Below, one piece after another: positions 29,082 to 40,240 of a stretch of DNA of 64,000 bases. Origin of the DNA: a virus (taxonomy: Duplodnaviria > Heunggongvirae > Uroviricota > Caudoviricetes). The translations under genes and the position numbers were made by a program. The stretch lies in the IMG/VR virus record IMGVR_UViG_3300037129_000090; one strand, written 5' to 3'. Position 1 is the first letter of the stretch. Every line of letters begins with the position of its first letter. Below the pieces are notes generated by a model. It ran no database searches. It was not told the origin of the DNA and was given only the letters and a program-made list of their open reading frames with translations.

Positions 29082-32000
29082 TGAAAACAATGAACATTAT
29101 ACTTTCAGCTTTATTTATTTTATTGCTAGCAGGAATGGCTGGTGTTGCGTCGGCTCAAGCTTATTGGATCGATAATAATAATAATATGTGGGTTAATACA
29201 AGTATACCAGCTGGTATAAACACTACAACACTTTATGTTACAAAAACAGCTGGCAATATATCTAATGGAAGTAATGTGTTTGATTTGTATGATGAATTTA
29301 ATGGCAATACATTGAATAATTCATGGATGAAAATTAGTAATCCAACAACGGCAAGTGTGGGTTCAGGTATCTTGACAGTTAAGCCATCTGGTGGTTCTGC
29401 TTTCATTGGTGGTGTAAGAACAACATCGAATTTGTCTAATAATGATTTCATATTAGATACACGTATGTCTTTTGATAATTATAATGGTGCGATAATGTAT
29501 CGTGCCAGTAATAGTAATTTTTATCCAGGTGATTTTGTGTGGGTTCAAGATACTGGTGCGTGGGGATTTTCTCATAAGCCAACTGCCACAACTTATATTC
29601 TTGATACTAGTGGTGGAATATGCGCAAGTGACACTTATTTTAATCTTACACTTAAAGTATATGGAAATAATATTGAGTTGTACAAAGAGGGTGTATTACA
29701 GAAGACAACTAGTGATTCTAGCATGCCAGCGAGTGGGGGTATAGGTTTTTCATCATGGAGTGGTGGTGGTGCTGATAATAATAAAATAGATTTCGTCAGA
29801 GTTAGAAAATACAATGCAACTGAACCAACTGTAAGTGTTGTGACAAATGGTGTCTCAGGTTATATAGTTAATATATCAAGTGGTACGTCACTTACAAATT
29901 ATCAAGTTAACATAAGTGGTGCGGCTTTAGGTGTTACATCTGCTGGTGATTCATATTCAGTAAGTACTACCCCACCGGGTTTAATTTCGTTTACTTCAAA
30001 TGTAACGTCTGGTACATATCCTTTAACTGTTAAATTCAATGACACATCTTCTAATTCACCAACTATATGGGCATGGAATTTTGGTGATAATACAGCTAAT
30101 GTTACAACACAAAATTGTACACATACTTTTGTGGGTGTTGGAACGTTTACTGTTACACTTGGTGCAACCAGTAATGGGATTACTACATATGCACAGCAAA
30201 CAGTAACTGTAAACAAAACAACTCCAACTATAACATGGTCAAATCCAGCCAACATAACTTATGGAACTGCTTTATCTGGTACACAACTCAATGCAAATGT
30301 AGCTTCTCCTGCTGGTTCAATTACATATAGTCCTGATACAGGTGCGGTACTTGCAGCTGGTACTCAAACGTTAGGCTGTACATTTACACCTACTGATACT
30401 GCTAATTACAGTACAGCCACAGGTAGTGTATCTTTAGTTATTAATAAAGTTACTCCAGTTATAACATGGACTGTGCCTGACGCTATTACTTACGGCACAG
30501 CACTTTCTGGTACTCAATTATCAGCTACGTGTCCTCAAACAGGGTCTTTCACATACAATCCTGTGAGTGGAACAGTGATTGCAGCTGGAACTCAAATTTT
30601 ACAAACTACATTCACACCATCTGGTGCAGATGCTACTAACTATACAACAAACATAGCTTCTGTAAATTTAACTGTGAACAAAGCGACGCCAGTAATTACA
30701 TGGGCTACACCAGCAGCGATTACCTATGGTACAGCTTTGTCTGCAACGCAATTATCAGCCACGTGTCCACAATCAGGTAATTTTGTGTATTCACCTGTTA
30801 GTGGTACAGTACTGGGTGTGGGTAACAAAACACTATCAACTACATTTACTTCGTCAGGTGCAGCTGCTGTAAATTATACGAATAATACAGCATCGGTATA
30901 TTTAACTGTAAATAAAGCAATACCAAGTATTACATGGGCTACGCCGACAGCTGTAAATTATGGAACAGCATTAAGTGATACGCAATTGAATGCAACTTCT
31001 GCAACTGCTGGTGCAATGACATATATTCCTGCTTCTGGAACAATATTGGCGGCTGGCAATCAGACACTTAATGTCACATTAACTCCGACAGACATAGCTA
31101 ATTATACCACTGCTACGGCTTCTGTGACACTCGTAATCAATAAAATAGTGTCTGTTATATCATGGGATACGCCTGAAACTATTGACTATCCGACTGTATT
31201 AAGCGCAACACAATTAAATGCAACTTGTAATGCACCTGGTACATTAGTTTATACTCCGCCAGTTGGTACTTTATTAGGTGTAGGAACGCATAATCTTAGT
31301 GTTACATTTACACCGTCAGACCTGACCAATTATACAACAGCTACAGACCAAGTCGCACAGATCGTTATAAATCAAAATAAGACTAATTTAACATGGATTC
31401 CTCCCGCAGACATAGTATATGGTACGCCATTGAGTGCAACGCAACTAAATGCTAGTGGTGGTGATATACCTGGTGTTTTTACATATGCTCCAGCAACTGG
31501 AACTGTATTGGGTGTAGGTACACAGATTCTTAATGCTACGTTTACACCAACAGATTATCTAAATTATTCAGGTAATTCAATAAATGTAACATTGAATGTG
31601 ACACAAGCAACACCAACAATTACTTGGAGTACACCAGCTAACATAACTTACGGAACTGGTTTATCTACAACCCAATTGTCTGCTACTTCTCCACAATCAG
31701 GAAGTTTTGCCTATTCACCTACAACAGGCACTATATTTGGTGTAGGTACACATACTCTAAATACAACATTTACACCGTCTGGTGCATCTGCGGTAAACTA
31801 TACCACAAATACAGCTTCTGTAAACTTAATAGTTAATCAAGCAACACCAAGTATTACATGGAGTAATCCAGCGGCTATAACTTATGGAACAACATTGAAC
31901 TCTACTCAACTTTCAGCAACTTGTATTGCAGCTGGTACATTTACATATACACCAGCGAGCGGGTACATAATGCACGCGGGCGCTGGACAAACTCTACATG

Positions 32001-35000
32001 TGGACTTTGCGCCAACAGATGCTGTAAATTATACAGTGGCTTCAAAAGATGTCGCAATAACGGTGAATAAAGGCACAACCAGTTTCACAGCTAATGTAAG
32101 TACAGTTACTATACCTGCTGGTGTACAATTTACAGATACTTCAACAGGTGCACCGACTCATTGGTCTTGGGACTTTGGTGATGGAACTACCGATACTGTG
32201 CAAAATCCAATACACTATTTTACCACAGCTGGTCATCATAGTGTAACTTTGAATTTCTCGGACTTCGCAAATTACACCTACGAATCTGGACCAACCGATA
32301 TTTTTGTGCTTAATGCAATACCAGTTGCAAATATCACAATGAATGGAAAGCAGGGCGCAATCAATACAACTGCACCATTAATAGCTTACTTTAATGATAC
32401 TTCAAACGGTGTAAATATTACACAATGGTCTTGGGATTTCAATGATACTATGGGTGGTCTTCAATATGCAACAACTCAGAATGCCACTCACGTATTCCCA
32501 TTGGCTGGTAATTATACAGTAACGTTAGCTGTAACAAACGATGGTGGTATTAATACTACAGAAATGCCAATAACAGTTGTTGGTGGCGGAGGTACTGGTG
32601 GACCACAAAAACCAATCGCTGGTTTCTCTGCGAATGCATCAATTGGTTATATTCCATTAACTGTACAATTCACGAATGTTAGTGCATTTACACCTACTTC
32701 ATGGCGTTGGGATTTCGGTGACAATACAAATAGTACTCTAGAAAACCCAATTCACACCTATCCAGATCGCGGTGTATATAATGTTACATTCACTGCGACA
32801 AATGACTATGGATCAGATACAGCACAGTGTATTAACTTTATTCATACATACTACGCTCCGCCTGTTACTAACTTTATCACAAATGTAACTAATGGCGATA
32901 TACCTCTAAATGTTCAATTTACCGATACATCAACAGGTATAATTTCCGCGTACAATTGGTCATTTGGTGATGGTACGTATAGTACAGAACAAAATCCAAT
33001 ACATGTATATACGCAAATTGGTTTGTATAATGTATCGTTGAATGCAAGTAACATAGACAATAACTATACAGTTACAAGAGTCAACTACATAGTTGTGGGC
33101 GTACCAATACCTGCACCAGTGGCTGATTTCAATGCAAATATTACAAGTGGAGCTGCACCTACAACAGTTCAGTTTGTTGATAATAGTACTGGTCCGGTTA
33201 GTAATTACACGTGGGATTTTGGTGATGGTATTGGTTCGTATACTCAAAATCCAGTACATGTATATGCAAATAATGGTAATTACACAGTTTCGTTAAATGT
33301 TAGTAATACAAAAGGGTTTAATGTATCAACAAAATATAACTATATAGTTGTAGCAGAAAGTATACCAGTGCCAGTTTCAGATTTCCATGCAGTAACTACA
33401 TCTGGTGGTGTACCTTTCAGTACACAATTTATAGACGATAGTACTGGTATTGTGCAGAGTCGTGTATGGGATTTCGGAGATGGTAACACAGCGACATCAC
33501 AGAATCCAACACACACCTATACACAAGTTGGTGTTTATACTGTCTCGTTGAATGTGAGTAATAGTAATGGATTCAATGTGTCAGTCAAAGCAAATTATAT
33601 AAATGCGACTTCACAATCACCAGCACCAACTGCGGCATTCCATGCAGTAACCGCCACAGGAATACCACCACTCGATGTACAGTTCATAGATGATAGTACA
33701 GGTGTTGTTGATAATCGTGACTGGGATTTCGGCGATGGTAGTACAGCACATTCACAGAATCCAATACACACGTATACGCAAGCAGGTACTTATACAGTTA
33801 CATTGAATGCCAGTAACTTCAATGGATTTACTACTTCGACAAGAACTAATTACATTGGTGTTAGTGCTGTAGAACCAGCACCAGTTTCTGCATTCCATGC
33901 AAATATGACTGGTGGATTAGTACCTCTAACTGTTCAGTTTGTAGATGACAGCGATGGTAATGTCTCTGGTAGAGTGTGGAATTTCGGTGATGGTAATGGT
34001 TCGAGTGCATTGAATCCAATACATACATATTCAACAGTCGGTGTTTATACAGTTTCTTTGAATGTAAGTAATGCTGGTGGTTCTAATGAATCAATGAAAG
34101 TAGGTTATATTAATGCAACAGACATTGCAATCCCGCACCCACCACTTGCCTCATTCAGAGAGAATGTAACTGGTGGAATTGCGCCGGTTACAGTACAATT
34201 CAAAGATACAAGTAGTAATACACCAACATACTGGTTATGGAACTTCGGAGATGGTGTAGGAACAAATGAGCAGAACCCCACCCACACATATACAGTACCT
34301 GGTACTTACAATGTAACATTGGAAATTGGTAATGTTGATGGAAATGATACAATCTCCGAGCTTGTAAATGTGTTAAAACCAATTAGTATACCAGTTGCTA
34401 ATTTCACTTCGGATGTTAGTGTAGGTGGGCTACCACTGACCGTACATTTCATAGACCTTTCGAGTAATGACACAGCTAATTGGTTATGGGACTTTGGTGA
34501 TAATAATACGGCTATAATCGAGAGTCCTACCCATGTATACCAGCAAGCTGGAAATTACACAGTTAATTTAACTGTGAATAACTCTGCCGGTAGCAACACA
34601 ATGACAAAGATTGATTACATAGTTGTAGGCAACCAAGTAAGGGCAAATTTTACAACAAATAACACGAATGGTACAGTTCCTCTGTTTGTTCAATTCACCG
34701 ATGTGTCGACAGGTTCACCGCAGAACTTTAGTTGGAATTTCGGAGATAATGCAACAAGCACAGAGCAGAATCCGATGCATGAATACAATGTATCTGGAAA
34801 CTACAGTGTTTCAGAGACTGTGGGGTTAGGTAATGCGAATGATACAATGACAAAAACGGATTATATTACAGCGCAATTACCATCAGCTGCACCACCGATC
34901 GCTCAGTTCTATGTGAGTGAAACCAATATTTCAATACCAGATGGTGTAGATACCAACACATCCGTGAAATTTACCGATACTTCGATAGGTGTTGGTATTA

Positions 35001-35617
35001 ATGCATGGGTGTGGGTGTTTGGTGATGGAAATACCAGTAATGAGCAGAACCCGACTCATATCTATCAGAAACCTGGCACATATAACGTTGTGTTGACAGC
35101 CACTTCACCGTATGGCACATCTGTTTCTGCACCGACAACGTTGAACATCATACAAGGCGCACCAAATGTAACTATGATGGTAAATGTGTCTGAAGGGTAT
35201 GTTCCCTTAACAGTAGCATTCATAGATTCAACTACTAATGTGAGTGGGCAAACATATTGGGATTTTGGTGACGGTAGTACTTCGAATGAATCTAATCCTA
35301 TTCATACATATATTGACGATGGTATTTATGGGGCTACGTTAATTGTAAATAGGAATGGACAAAATTATAGTATTACTCAGATGATCAATGCACATTACGT
35401 TACTGTGGCGACAGTAAAAATTAATGCGACTCAGCAGGACCAGATGCTAGATGTAAATTCAACAGCCGGTAAATCATTGAGATTGGAACAAACAAGCAAA
35501 CAATCAGCAATGTATGGTGCTGTTCATGCAGTTGAAAAAGGAACAAGCGGCGGATACACCTTATTAGTTGTGGCAATTCTAATATTGGGTGCTCTATCAT
35601 TCTGGTTCTTGTTTTAA
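29081..35617 (+). CDS. giant secreted surface protein: signal peptide, ConA-like/LamG-like N-domain, about 12 Ig-like MBG-like repeats (loose family call), about 18 PKD domains, C-terminal TM anchor
   Basis: Signal peptide ...GVASA|QA; repeated ITYGTALS..TQL.AT...GTF.Y.P..GT.LAAG.QTL...FTPTD..NY units; repeated W.FGDG..S.EQNP.HTY PKD motifs; C-terminal hydrophobic LLVVAILILGALSFWFLF; very high density of N-x-S/T sequons. Confidence 0.85.
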   Translation: MKTMNIILSALFILLLAGMAGVASAQAYWIDNNNNMWVNTSIPAGINTTTLYVTKTAGNISNGSNVFDLYDEFNGNTLNNSWMKISNPTTASVGSGILTVKPSGGSAFIGGVRTTSNLSNNDFILDTRMSFDNYNGAIMYRASNSNFYPGDFVWVQDTGAWGFSHKPTATTYILDTSGGICASDTYFNLTLKVYGNNIELYKEGVLQKTTSDSSMPASGGIGFSSWSGGGADNNKIDFVRVRKYNATEPTVSVVTNGVSGYIVNISSGTSLTNYQVNISGAALGVTSAGDSYSVSTTPPGLISFTSNVTSGTYPLTVKFNDTSSNSPTIWAWNFGDNTANVTTQNCTHTFVGVGTFTVTLGATSNGITTYAQQTVTVNKTTPTITWSNPANITYGTALSGTQLNANVASPAGSITYSPDTGAVLAAGTQTLGCTFTPTDTANYSTATGSVSLVINKVTPVITWTVPDAITYGTALSGTQLSATCPQTGSFTYNPVSGTVIAAGTQILQTTFTPSGADATNYTTNIASVNLTVNKATPVITWATPAAITYGTALSATQLSATCPQSGNFVYSPVSGTVLGVGNKTLSTTFTSSGAAAVNYTNNTASVYLTVNKAIPSITWATPTAVNYGTALSDTQLNATSATAGAMTYIPASGTILAAGNQTLNVTLTPTDIANYTTATASVTLVINKIVSVISWDTPETIDYPTVLSATQLNATCNAPGTLVYTPPVGTLLGVGTHNLSVTFTPSDLTNYTTATDQVAQIVINQNKTNLTWIPPADIVYGTPLSATQLNASGGDIPGVFTYAPATGTVLGVGTQILNATFTPTDYLNYSGNSINVTLNVTQATPTITWSTPANITYGTGLSTTQLSATSPQSGSFAYSPTTGTIFGVGTHTLNTTFTPSGASAVNYTTNTASVNLIVNQATPSITWSNPAAITYGTTLNSTQLSATCIAAGTFTYTPASGYIMHAGAGQTLHVDFAPTDAVNYTVASKDVAITVNKGTTSFTANVSTVTIPAGVQFTDTSTGAPTHWSWDFGDGTTDTVQNPIHYFTTAGHHSVTLNFSDFANYTYESGPTDIFVLNAIPVANITMNGKQGAINTTAPLIAYFNDTSNGVNITQWSWDFNDTMGGLQYATTQNATHVFPLAGNYTVTLAVTNDGGINTTEMPITVVGGGGTGGPQKPIAGFSANASIGYIPLTVQFTNVSAFTPTSWRWDFGDNTNSTLENPIHTYPDRGVYNVTFTATNDYGSDTAQCINFIHTYYAPPVTNFITNVTNGDIPLNVQFTDTSTGIISAYNWSFGDGTYSTEQNPIHVYTQIGLYNVSLNASNIDNNYTVTRVNYIVVGVPIPAPVADFNANITSGAAPTTVQFVDNSTGPVSNYTWDFGDGIGSYTQNPVHVYANNGNYTVSLNVSNTKGFNVSTKYNYIVVAESIPVPVSDFHAVTTSGGVPFSTQFIDDSTGIVQSRVWDFGDGNTATSQNPTHTYTQVGVYTVSLNVSNSNGFNVSVKANYINATSQSPAPTAAFHAVTATGIPPLDVQFIDDSTGVVDNRDWDFGDGSTAHSQNPIHTYTQAGTYTVTLNASNFNGFTTSTRTNYIGVSAVEPAPVSAFHANMTGGLVPLTVQFVDDSDGNVSGRVWNFGDGNGSSALNPIHTYSTVGVYTVSLNVSNAGGSNESMKVGYINATDIAIPHPPLASFRENVTGGIAPVTVQFKDTSSNTPTYWLWNFGDGVGTNEQNPTHTYTVPGTYNVTLEIGNVDGNDTISELVNVLKPISIPVANFTSDVSVGGLPLTVHFIDLSSNDTANWLWDFGDNNTAIIESPTHVYQQAGNYTVNLTVNNSAGSNTMTKIDYIVVGNQVRANFTTNNTNGTVPLFVQFTDVSTGSPQNFSWNFGDNATSTEQNPMHEYNVSGNYSVSETVGLGNANDTMTKTDYITAQLPSAAPPIAQFYVSETNISIPDGVDTNTSVKFTDTSIGVGINAWVWVFGDGNTSNEQNPTHIYQKPGTYNVVLTATSPYGTSVSAPTTLNIIQGAPNVTMMVNVSEGYVPLTVAFIDSTTNVSGQTYWDFGDGSTSNESNPIHTYIDDGIYGATLIVNRNGQNYSITQMINAHYVTVATVKINATQQDQMLDVNSTAGKSLRLEQTSKQSAMYGAVHAVEKGTSGGYTLLVVAILILGALSFWFLF

Positions 35618-35621
35618 GTAT

Positions 35622-35658
35622 GTATTACCGACCAACATTGGTTGGTTTTTTTTTAATA
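35622..35658 (+). terminator. intrinsic terminator ACCAAC-attg-GTTGGT followed by T9
   Basis: Perfect hairpin plus oligo-T directly after the giant gene. Confidence 0.6.
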
Positions 35659-35939
35659 TTTTAAAAGTCTAGTTAAATTTAATAAGGAGTAATTCAATTT
35701 TTTTTACGAGTGATAATATGGGAATAATTGACGACATTCTTGAAATCAATCCTAACTGTCTTTTTGCGTGGACAGAATGGAGTAAAAAAGGTACTTCTCC
35801 GCTTATTAAAAAACCGAGAGAAGAAAAAGATGGTCATTATACAACGTACATTCTTCTTGTTGTGCGTGCGATGGCTTCTGGTAGTGGTAAAACATTCAAT
35901 TACACAGAATTACGAGAAACAGAGCTGAAAATCATTTCA

Positions 35940-37375
35940 AAGATTATAAGTGGGGTCAACTACCGCTAGGCTAAAGACCTAGCGGCTTGTAATTTCCTCA
36001 GATTTTACAATTTGATTCAAACGCTAAAAACAAACGCTTTGGTCTGTTGACTAGACCTCTACTAACTATCTTCTGTATAGGAGAATCGCTAGCTACTTTT
36101 CTCAATATATTTAATGCACCATTTACATCTGCATTAATTAATTGACCAGTAATACTTTTATACAAGCCTCTCTTAACACGTCTTGATTTACCATAAGGTT
36201 GTTTTTTAATTTCATCTAAAGCCAAAGCATCGGTTCTACTTGTATATGCTTCATCAACTAATTGATATTTGATACCATAGTAGTCACATTTACTTTGAAG
36301 CTTACCTTTGAATTTTCCAAATGGTATTGACACAAAGCTCTGATTATTGCGCTTGCCATGATTTATTCCTTGCTTTATTTCCTTAAGTTCACCGATTAGA
36401 ATATTACCTATCTTATTTTCTAAACAGTGTTTTATGATGTAGTTAACTGTTCGGTTCATGAACTCTGATATCTTGTTAGCGCGTTTAGTTAAGAGTTTAA
36501 TCTGCTTATTTGTTATTAATTTTATTCCTTGTTTATCTTTGATACTCTGTAATCTAGCATTCTCCTTGTTATACCACTGGTTAATAGATTTTATATACTT
36601 ACCATCTATGATAATGGCAGTCCCATCGGTATCTATCCAAGTTGCAAAATTAGAAACGCCTAAATCTATGCTAAGATATTTAGAGTAATCAAGTTCTTGT
36701 TGTTGTTTCTTTTCTTCATAACAATATTTTATTTTGAAATACCGCCCATCATACATCGGTATGACATGAACTTCTTGTATACTGAACTTTTTAGTTCTCA
36801 ATGGTTTTGGTAATTTAAAAGTTAACAGCTTTTTAGCATTCCTGTTTTGCTTTAGAAACTCAATTGAAATACCCAACCGTATATTATTACCTTTGAATGA
36901 AAAAGCATTCTTAGGAAATGCTATCAAGAAATTACTATCTTTGTTAAGATAATGTGGTATATTAGGTTTATCCAATTGTCCATTTCTATAGAGTTTTAAC
37001 AAACCAAAAAAGCTTCGCATCCCTCTTTCTACCATCTTCAGAGATTGCTGAGCACTAGCCGCCTGCATTAACTTATAATTCTCATCTTCCTTGCAAAGAT
37101 GATAATTTTGAGGATATTTCAAAAATTCATTATTATTGAAGAAATATTGTCGAGTGTTATACAATCCTAAATTATACAAGTTTTTAGAAGCGCGACTAAG
37201 TGACCTCAACATTATATATTGTTCCTTGTTTAATCTAAGATTATTTGTGATACTCAACATTATGTATACATAATGTGATATTTGTATATATACTTTTGTC
37301 TAAATCAAATTGTATTTAACTTCCGGTCGCAATTCATCCACGAAACTAAAGATTTCGTGGTTTTCTTATGAACCT
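35940..37375 (-). mobile_element. IS200/IS605-like non-autonomous element (tnpB only)
   Basis: Subterminal hairpins with identical loop TCTTTAG at both ends on the minus strand: CCACGAAA-TCTTTAG-TTTCGTGG (37346..37368) and CCGCTAGG-TCTTTAG-CCTAGCGG then TAGTTGAC (35950..35982). No tnpA. Confidence 0.65.
35998..37260 (-). CDS. tnpB: TnpB, paralog of the IS607-associated copy; zinc finger absent
   Basis: Ruv[10 protein letters not shown], RuvC-II ...LVDEAYTSR, Ruv[15 protein letters not shown]. No Cys pairs between II and III. N-terminal [18 protein letters not shown] matches ASKNLFNFSNYLVRQRFF of 5147..6379. Confidence 0.85.
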   Translation of the reverse strand: MLSITNNLRLNKEQYIMLRSLSRASKNLYNLGLYNTRQYFFNNNEFLKYPQNYHLCKEDENYKLMQAASAQQSLKMVERGMRSFFGLLKLYRNGQLDKPNIPHYLNKDSNFLIAFPKNAFSFKGNNIRLGISIEFLKQNRNAKKLLTFKLPKPLRTKKFSIQEVHVIPMYDGRYFKIKYCYEEKKQQQELDYSKYLSIDLGVSNFATWIDTDGTAIIIDGKYIKSINQWYNKENARLQSIKDKQGIKLITNKQIKLLTKRANKISEFMNRTVNYIIKHCLENKIGNILIGELKEIKQGINHGKRNNQSFVSIPFGKFKGKLQSKCDYYGIKYQLVDEAYTSRTDALALDEIKKQPYGKSRRVKRGLYKSITGQLINADVNGALNILRKVASDSPIQKIVSRGLVNRPKRLFLAFESNCKI

Positions 37376-37457
37376 TTTATAAAATTATTAAAAGATAAGT
37401 TAGAAGTAATTAAAGCAATGGCTTTTTTAAAAGTGTAAGATAGAGCGTAGTACGCTC

Positions 37458-37958
37458 TTAAATTTTTCTTCTTGATTTACTCATTGCAGCCACTGATTTT
37501 GATACTGCTTTTTCCATAAGTGGTGTTGATTGTATAGGCATTTTGTTAAGGAAGAAGTCAGAGTGCATTTTCACAGCAAATTGTCCTGCGTATTTTTTCA
37601 GTATTTTTCGAATCGTAGCAGCTTGTTTTGGTGTAAGTCTTTTACCTGCGCTTGGTCTTTTTTCATAAGATTTACCGTTTAATTTTGCGATGGCTGCTTC
37701 GACGCCTCCTTTGCCACCTTTTGTTTGTTCATAGATACTCGTTACAAACTCAGCGTCAAATGCGCTTAATCCCATACCATTGTGATGATTTGTTGTCTTG
37801 TCGACTACTTCATCAGCTGTCTGATTTTCTATGATGCGAGGAAGCCACACTACTTCTAATTCATATGGTGTTGCGTCATCGATCATTTTTCTAATAACTT
37901 CTTTTTTACCATCTAGTTTTTTCTTAGCTATGCTAGCTTCTGTTGGTGCTCTTGGCAT
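37458..37958 (-). CDS. hypothetical basic protein
   Basis: Lys-rich; no family. Confidence 0.5.
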   Translation of the reverse strand: MPRAPTEASIAKKKLDGKKEVIRKMIDDATPYELEVVWLPRIIENQTADEVVDKTTNHHNGMGLSAFDAEFVTSIYEQTKGGKGGVEAAIAKLNGKSYEKRPSAGKRLTPKQAATIRKILKKYAGQFAVKMHSDFFLNKMPIQSTPLMEKAVSKSVAAMSKSRRKI

Positions 37959-38039
37959 AATATAACTCCATCAATTTAAATTTATATAAGTAACAAAGTA
38001 TGAACCAATATAAAATTATATCCAGACTTTTAATTTTAC

Positions 38040-38078
38040 GAACGAAGATATTTCTAAGCACGTGCGTGCATTATGCGC
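38040..38078. promoter_or_regulatory. imperfect palindrome AAGCACGTGCGTGCAT-TATGCGCACGTGTGCTT in a divergent intergenic region
   Basis: Operator-like inverted repeat with CACGTG cores between divergent genes (37958 minus, 38155 plus). Confidence 0.4.
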
Positions 38079-38154
38079 ACGTGTGCTTAACTTGCCTCTT
38101 TTAACAAATATATTTATATACCTTTAAACACATTATGTATTTGAGGTTATGATT

Positions 38155-38481
38155 ATGAATGAGATCGAAATGATCGAGGATTCTATTAGTGATGCTACAA
38201 AAACGTATGCACAGGGTATGCCAGCAGAGCAACTGGATGGGATAATCGAGTCAAACGAAAAAGCTCTCGGTTACTGCGATAGATTGTTAAATCATGAACT
38301 GTTGTCCCTTGAAAAACACATTGGTGAAATGGAGTCTATCATGGACGCTCCACCTGAAGAACAAAAGAAGATGTCGTCGCTAATGGGTTCTATGGATGAC
38401 CTCAATGAAATGCTTATTAATATACGTGCGCTGAGTGAGGCTCGTAAATTCATTGCTGCTAGAAATGCCGCGCTGACTTGA
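38155..38481 (+). CDS. hypothetical small protein
   Basis: SD GAGGT. Confidence 0.5.
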   Translation: MNEIEMIEDSISDATKTYAQGMPAEQLDGIIESNEKALGYCDRLLNHELLSLEKHIGEMESIMDAPPEEQKKMSSLMGSMDDLNEMLINIRALSEARKFIAARNAALT

Positions 38482-38720
38482 TTGTTATGTTCAAGAAAAT
38501 AGAAGCCATCTACGATGATGAATATGATATTCTTTATATTATCATAGGTAAACCTACAGCGTGTGATTCGGAGTGGCTCGAAGATGGTGTCTATTTACGA
38601 AAGAGTTTTGCAACGGGTAGACTTCGAGGAGTAATCATAGAGGATTATTCTAAGAAAGACAGAGACCATCTCGCTAAAATACTACCAGATAATTTAGGTA
38701 TCTGCTTGCCGGTGTTATAA
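38478..38720 (+). CDS. hypothetical small protein
   Basis: Overlapping start/stop with neighbours. Confidence 0.45.
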   Translation: MIVMFKKIEAIYDDEYDILYIIIGKPTACDSEWLEDGVYLRKSFATGRLRGVIIEDYSKKDRDHLAKILPDNLGICLPVL

Positions 38721-39488
38721 ATGTATGTAAATCGTGAGAAGACCCTTAAAGATTATGCCCGAGATATAAAACATGCTCTGGTCGAAGAGAGGTTACAGTA
38801 TCTCTGGTATAATTTTAGGCGGTCTGATAGGTCACAGACTTTTATTTGTGGCGGCAAGCAATACAAATACGCATATTATAGCAAGAATTCAATTTATCTT
38901 GGCGAGCGAGCCATTGAAGTACCTATTGCGTTGGGAGCGGTAAACGCATGTAAGTTAGCGAGAGAATCATATGCGAATAATTGTAGGATATTAGAAGTAG
39001 GTAACGTTTTAAGTTATCAGTCTGACTTTCCTCATACTATAATTGATAAATACGAGAAAGCAGATAACGTAATTAATAAAGACGTAATGGACTTAGACCC
39101 AACCGATGTCTACGACCTTGTTATTTCGATTTCAACCATTGAACATATTGGTTTCGATGAAGCTGAAAAAGATAGCGAGAAACCTTTAAAAGCGCTTGAA
39201 AAATTAATGCAAATTACTAAATCAAGTGGTAGGTTGATTATTACAATACCACTGGGTTATAATCTATCACTCGAAGAACATATACGTAGTGGTAGACTTG
39301 AAAAGTGCATTGAAGCTAATCATACCTTTACTCATTCGATGTACTTAATGCATCGTGATGCTTCAAATAAATATGATAATATTTGGACAGAAATGCCAAT
39401 CGATCTTGTAAAAACTAAAACTGACTTTGAATATGGCACAATGAATAAGTTTTCTGCTGACTGGTTATTGATTTTAATGATCGAATGA
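38721..39488 (+). CDS. hypothetical protein, weak Rossmann-fold methyltransferase-like features
   Basis: RILEVGN... and DLVISISTIEHIGF resemble class I MTase motifs, but the Gly-rich loop is degenerate. Confidence 0.45.
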   Translation: MYVNREKTLKDYARDIKHALVEERLQYLWYNFRRSDRSQTFICGGKQYKYAYYSKNSIYLGERAIEVPIALGAVNACKLARESYANNCRILEVGNVLSYQSDFPHTIIDKYEKADNVINKDVMDLDPTDVYDLVISISTIEHIGFDEAEKDSEKPLKALEKLMQITKSSGRLIITIPLGYNLSLEEHIRSGRLEKCIEANHTFTHSMYLMHRDASNKYDNIWTEMPIDLVKTKTDFEYGTMNKFSADWLLILMIE

Positions 39489-39497
39489 GGTAATTTT

Positions 39498-40238
39498 GTG
39501 AATTATATTGACGATGATATTATTAAATCATTAAAATATTTAAAGTATGTACAAGAAGACACACGTAATGGTATGACTACAGCTGAGCTTATCGAATACA
39601 ATGAGCATATTGATGCAGTTTACATTCATAATACAACTGCAATTGAAGGAAACAGCCTTAGTCTAACTGCCGTCAAAAAGCTATTGAAAGAACCTGCTTT
39701 CAGGCAGTGTATATGGGGTGTTACTGAACGCGAATTCGATGAGGTATTGAATTACCCAAAAGTATTGAAGTATAGTCGAGGTTATACCGGTAACGTAGAT
39801 TTGCGTTTTATAAAACAACTACATGAGCGCATAATGACAGATATCCTTGAATTACCAGGTGAATTCAGGATACATAATAACATCTATATTTCAGGTGTAG
39901 ATAAATTGCTCACACCAGCTGATTTAATAATAGATGAATTAGAAGTTGCATTGCGCTATTACTACTCTAATGTTAAAAGTGACAGTAATCTTTTCGAGCG
40001 AGCTGTGATATTTCATTATATTTTCGAAGGTATTCATCCTTTCCTAGATGGTAATGGAAGGACAGGTAGAGAGATTTTTAATTATATGATTACCAATGCA
40101 GGCTATCCCATGATGCTCTTTGAAGGTCACAGAAATTACTATCTGTCTTTGCTGCAATGTGGTGACGCTGGGTTAATGGAGGAGATGGTAAATGGTTTTG
40201 CTAAAATAATGCTTCGTGATTATGGGATTAAGTGTTGA
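39498..40238 (+). CDS. Fic/Doc family protein
   Basis: Canonical Fic motif HPFLDGNGRTGR; GTG start after TGAGGTAAT. Confidence 0.8.
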   Translation: MNYIDDDIIKSLKYLKYVQEDTRNGMTTAELIEYNEHIDAVYIHNTTAIEGNSLSLTAVKKLLKEPAFRQCIWGVTEREFDEVLNYPKVLKYSRGYTGNVDLRFIKQLHERIMTDILELPGEFRIHNNIYISGVDKLLTPADLIIDELEVALRYYYSNVKSDSNLFERAVIFHYIFEGIHPFLDGNGRTGREIFNYMITNAGYPMMLFEGHRNYYLSLLQCGDAGLMEEMVNGFAKIMLRDYGIKC

Positions 40239-40240
40239 CT

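Noticed and set aside
35718-35969. 83-aa plus-strand ORF (and overlapping 35728..35928)
   Set aside because: It overlaps the right-end hairpin and omegaRNA region of the minus-strand TnpB element and has no SD. It is likely non-coding.
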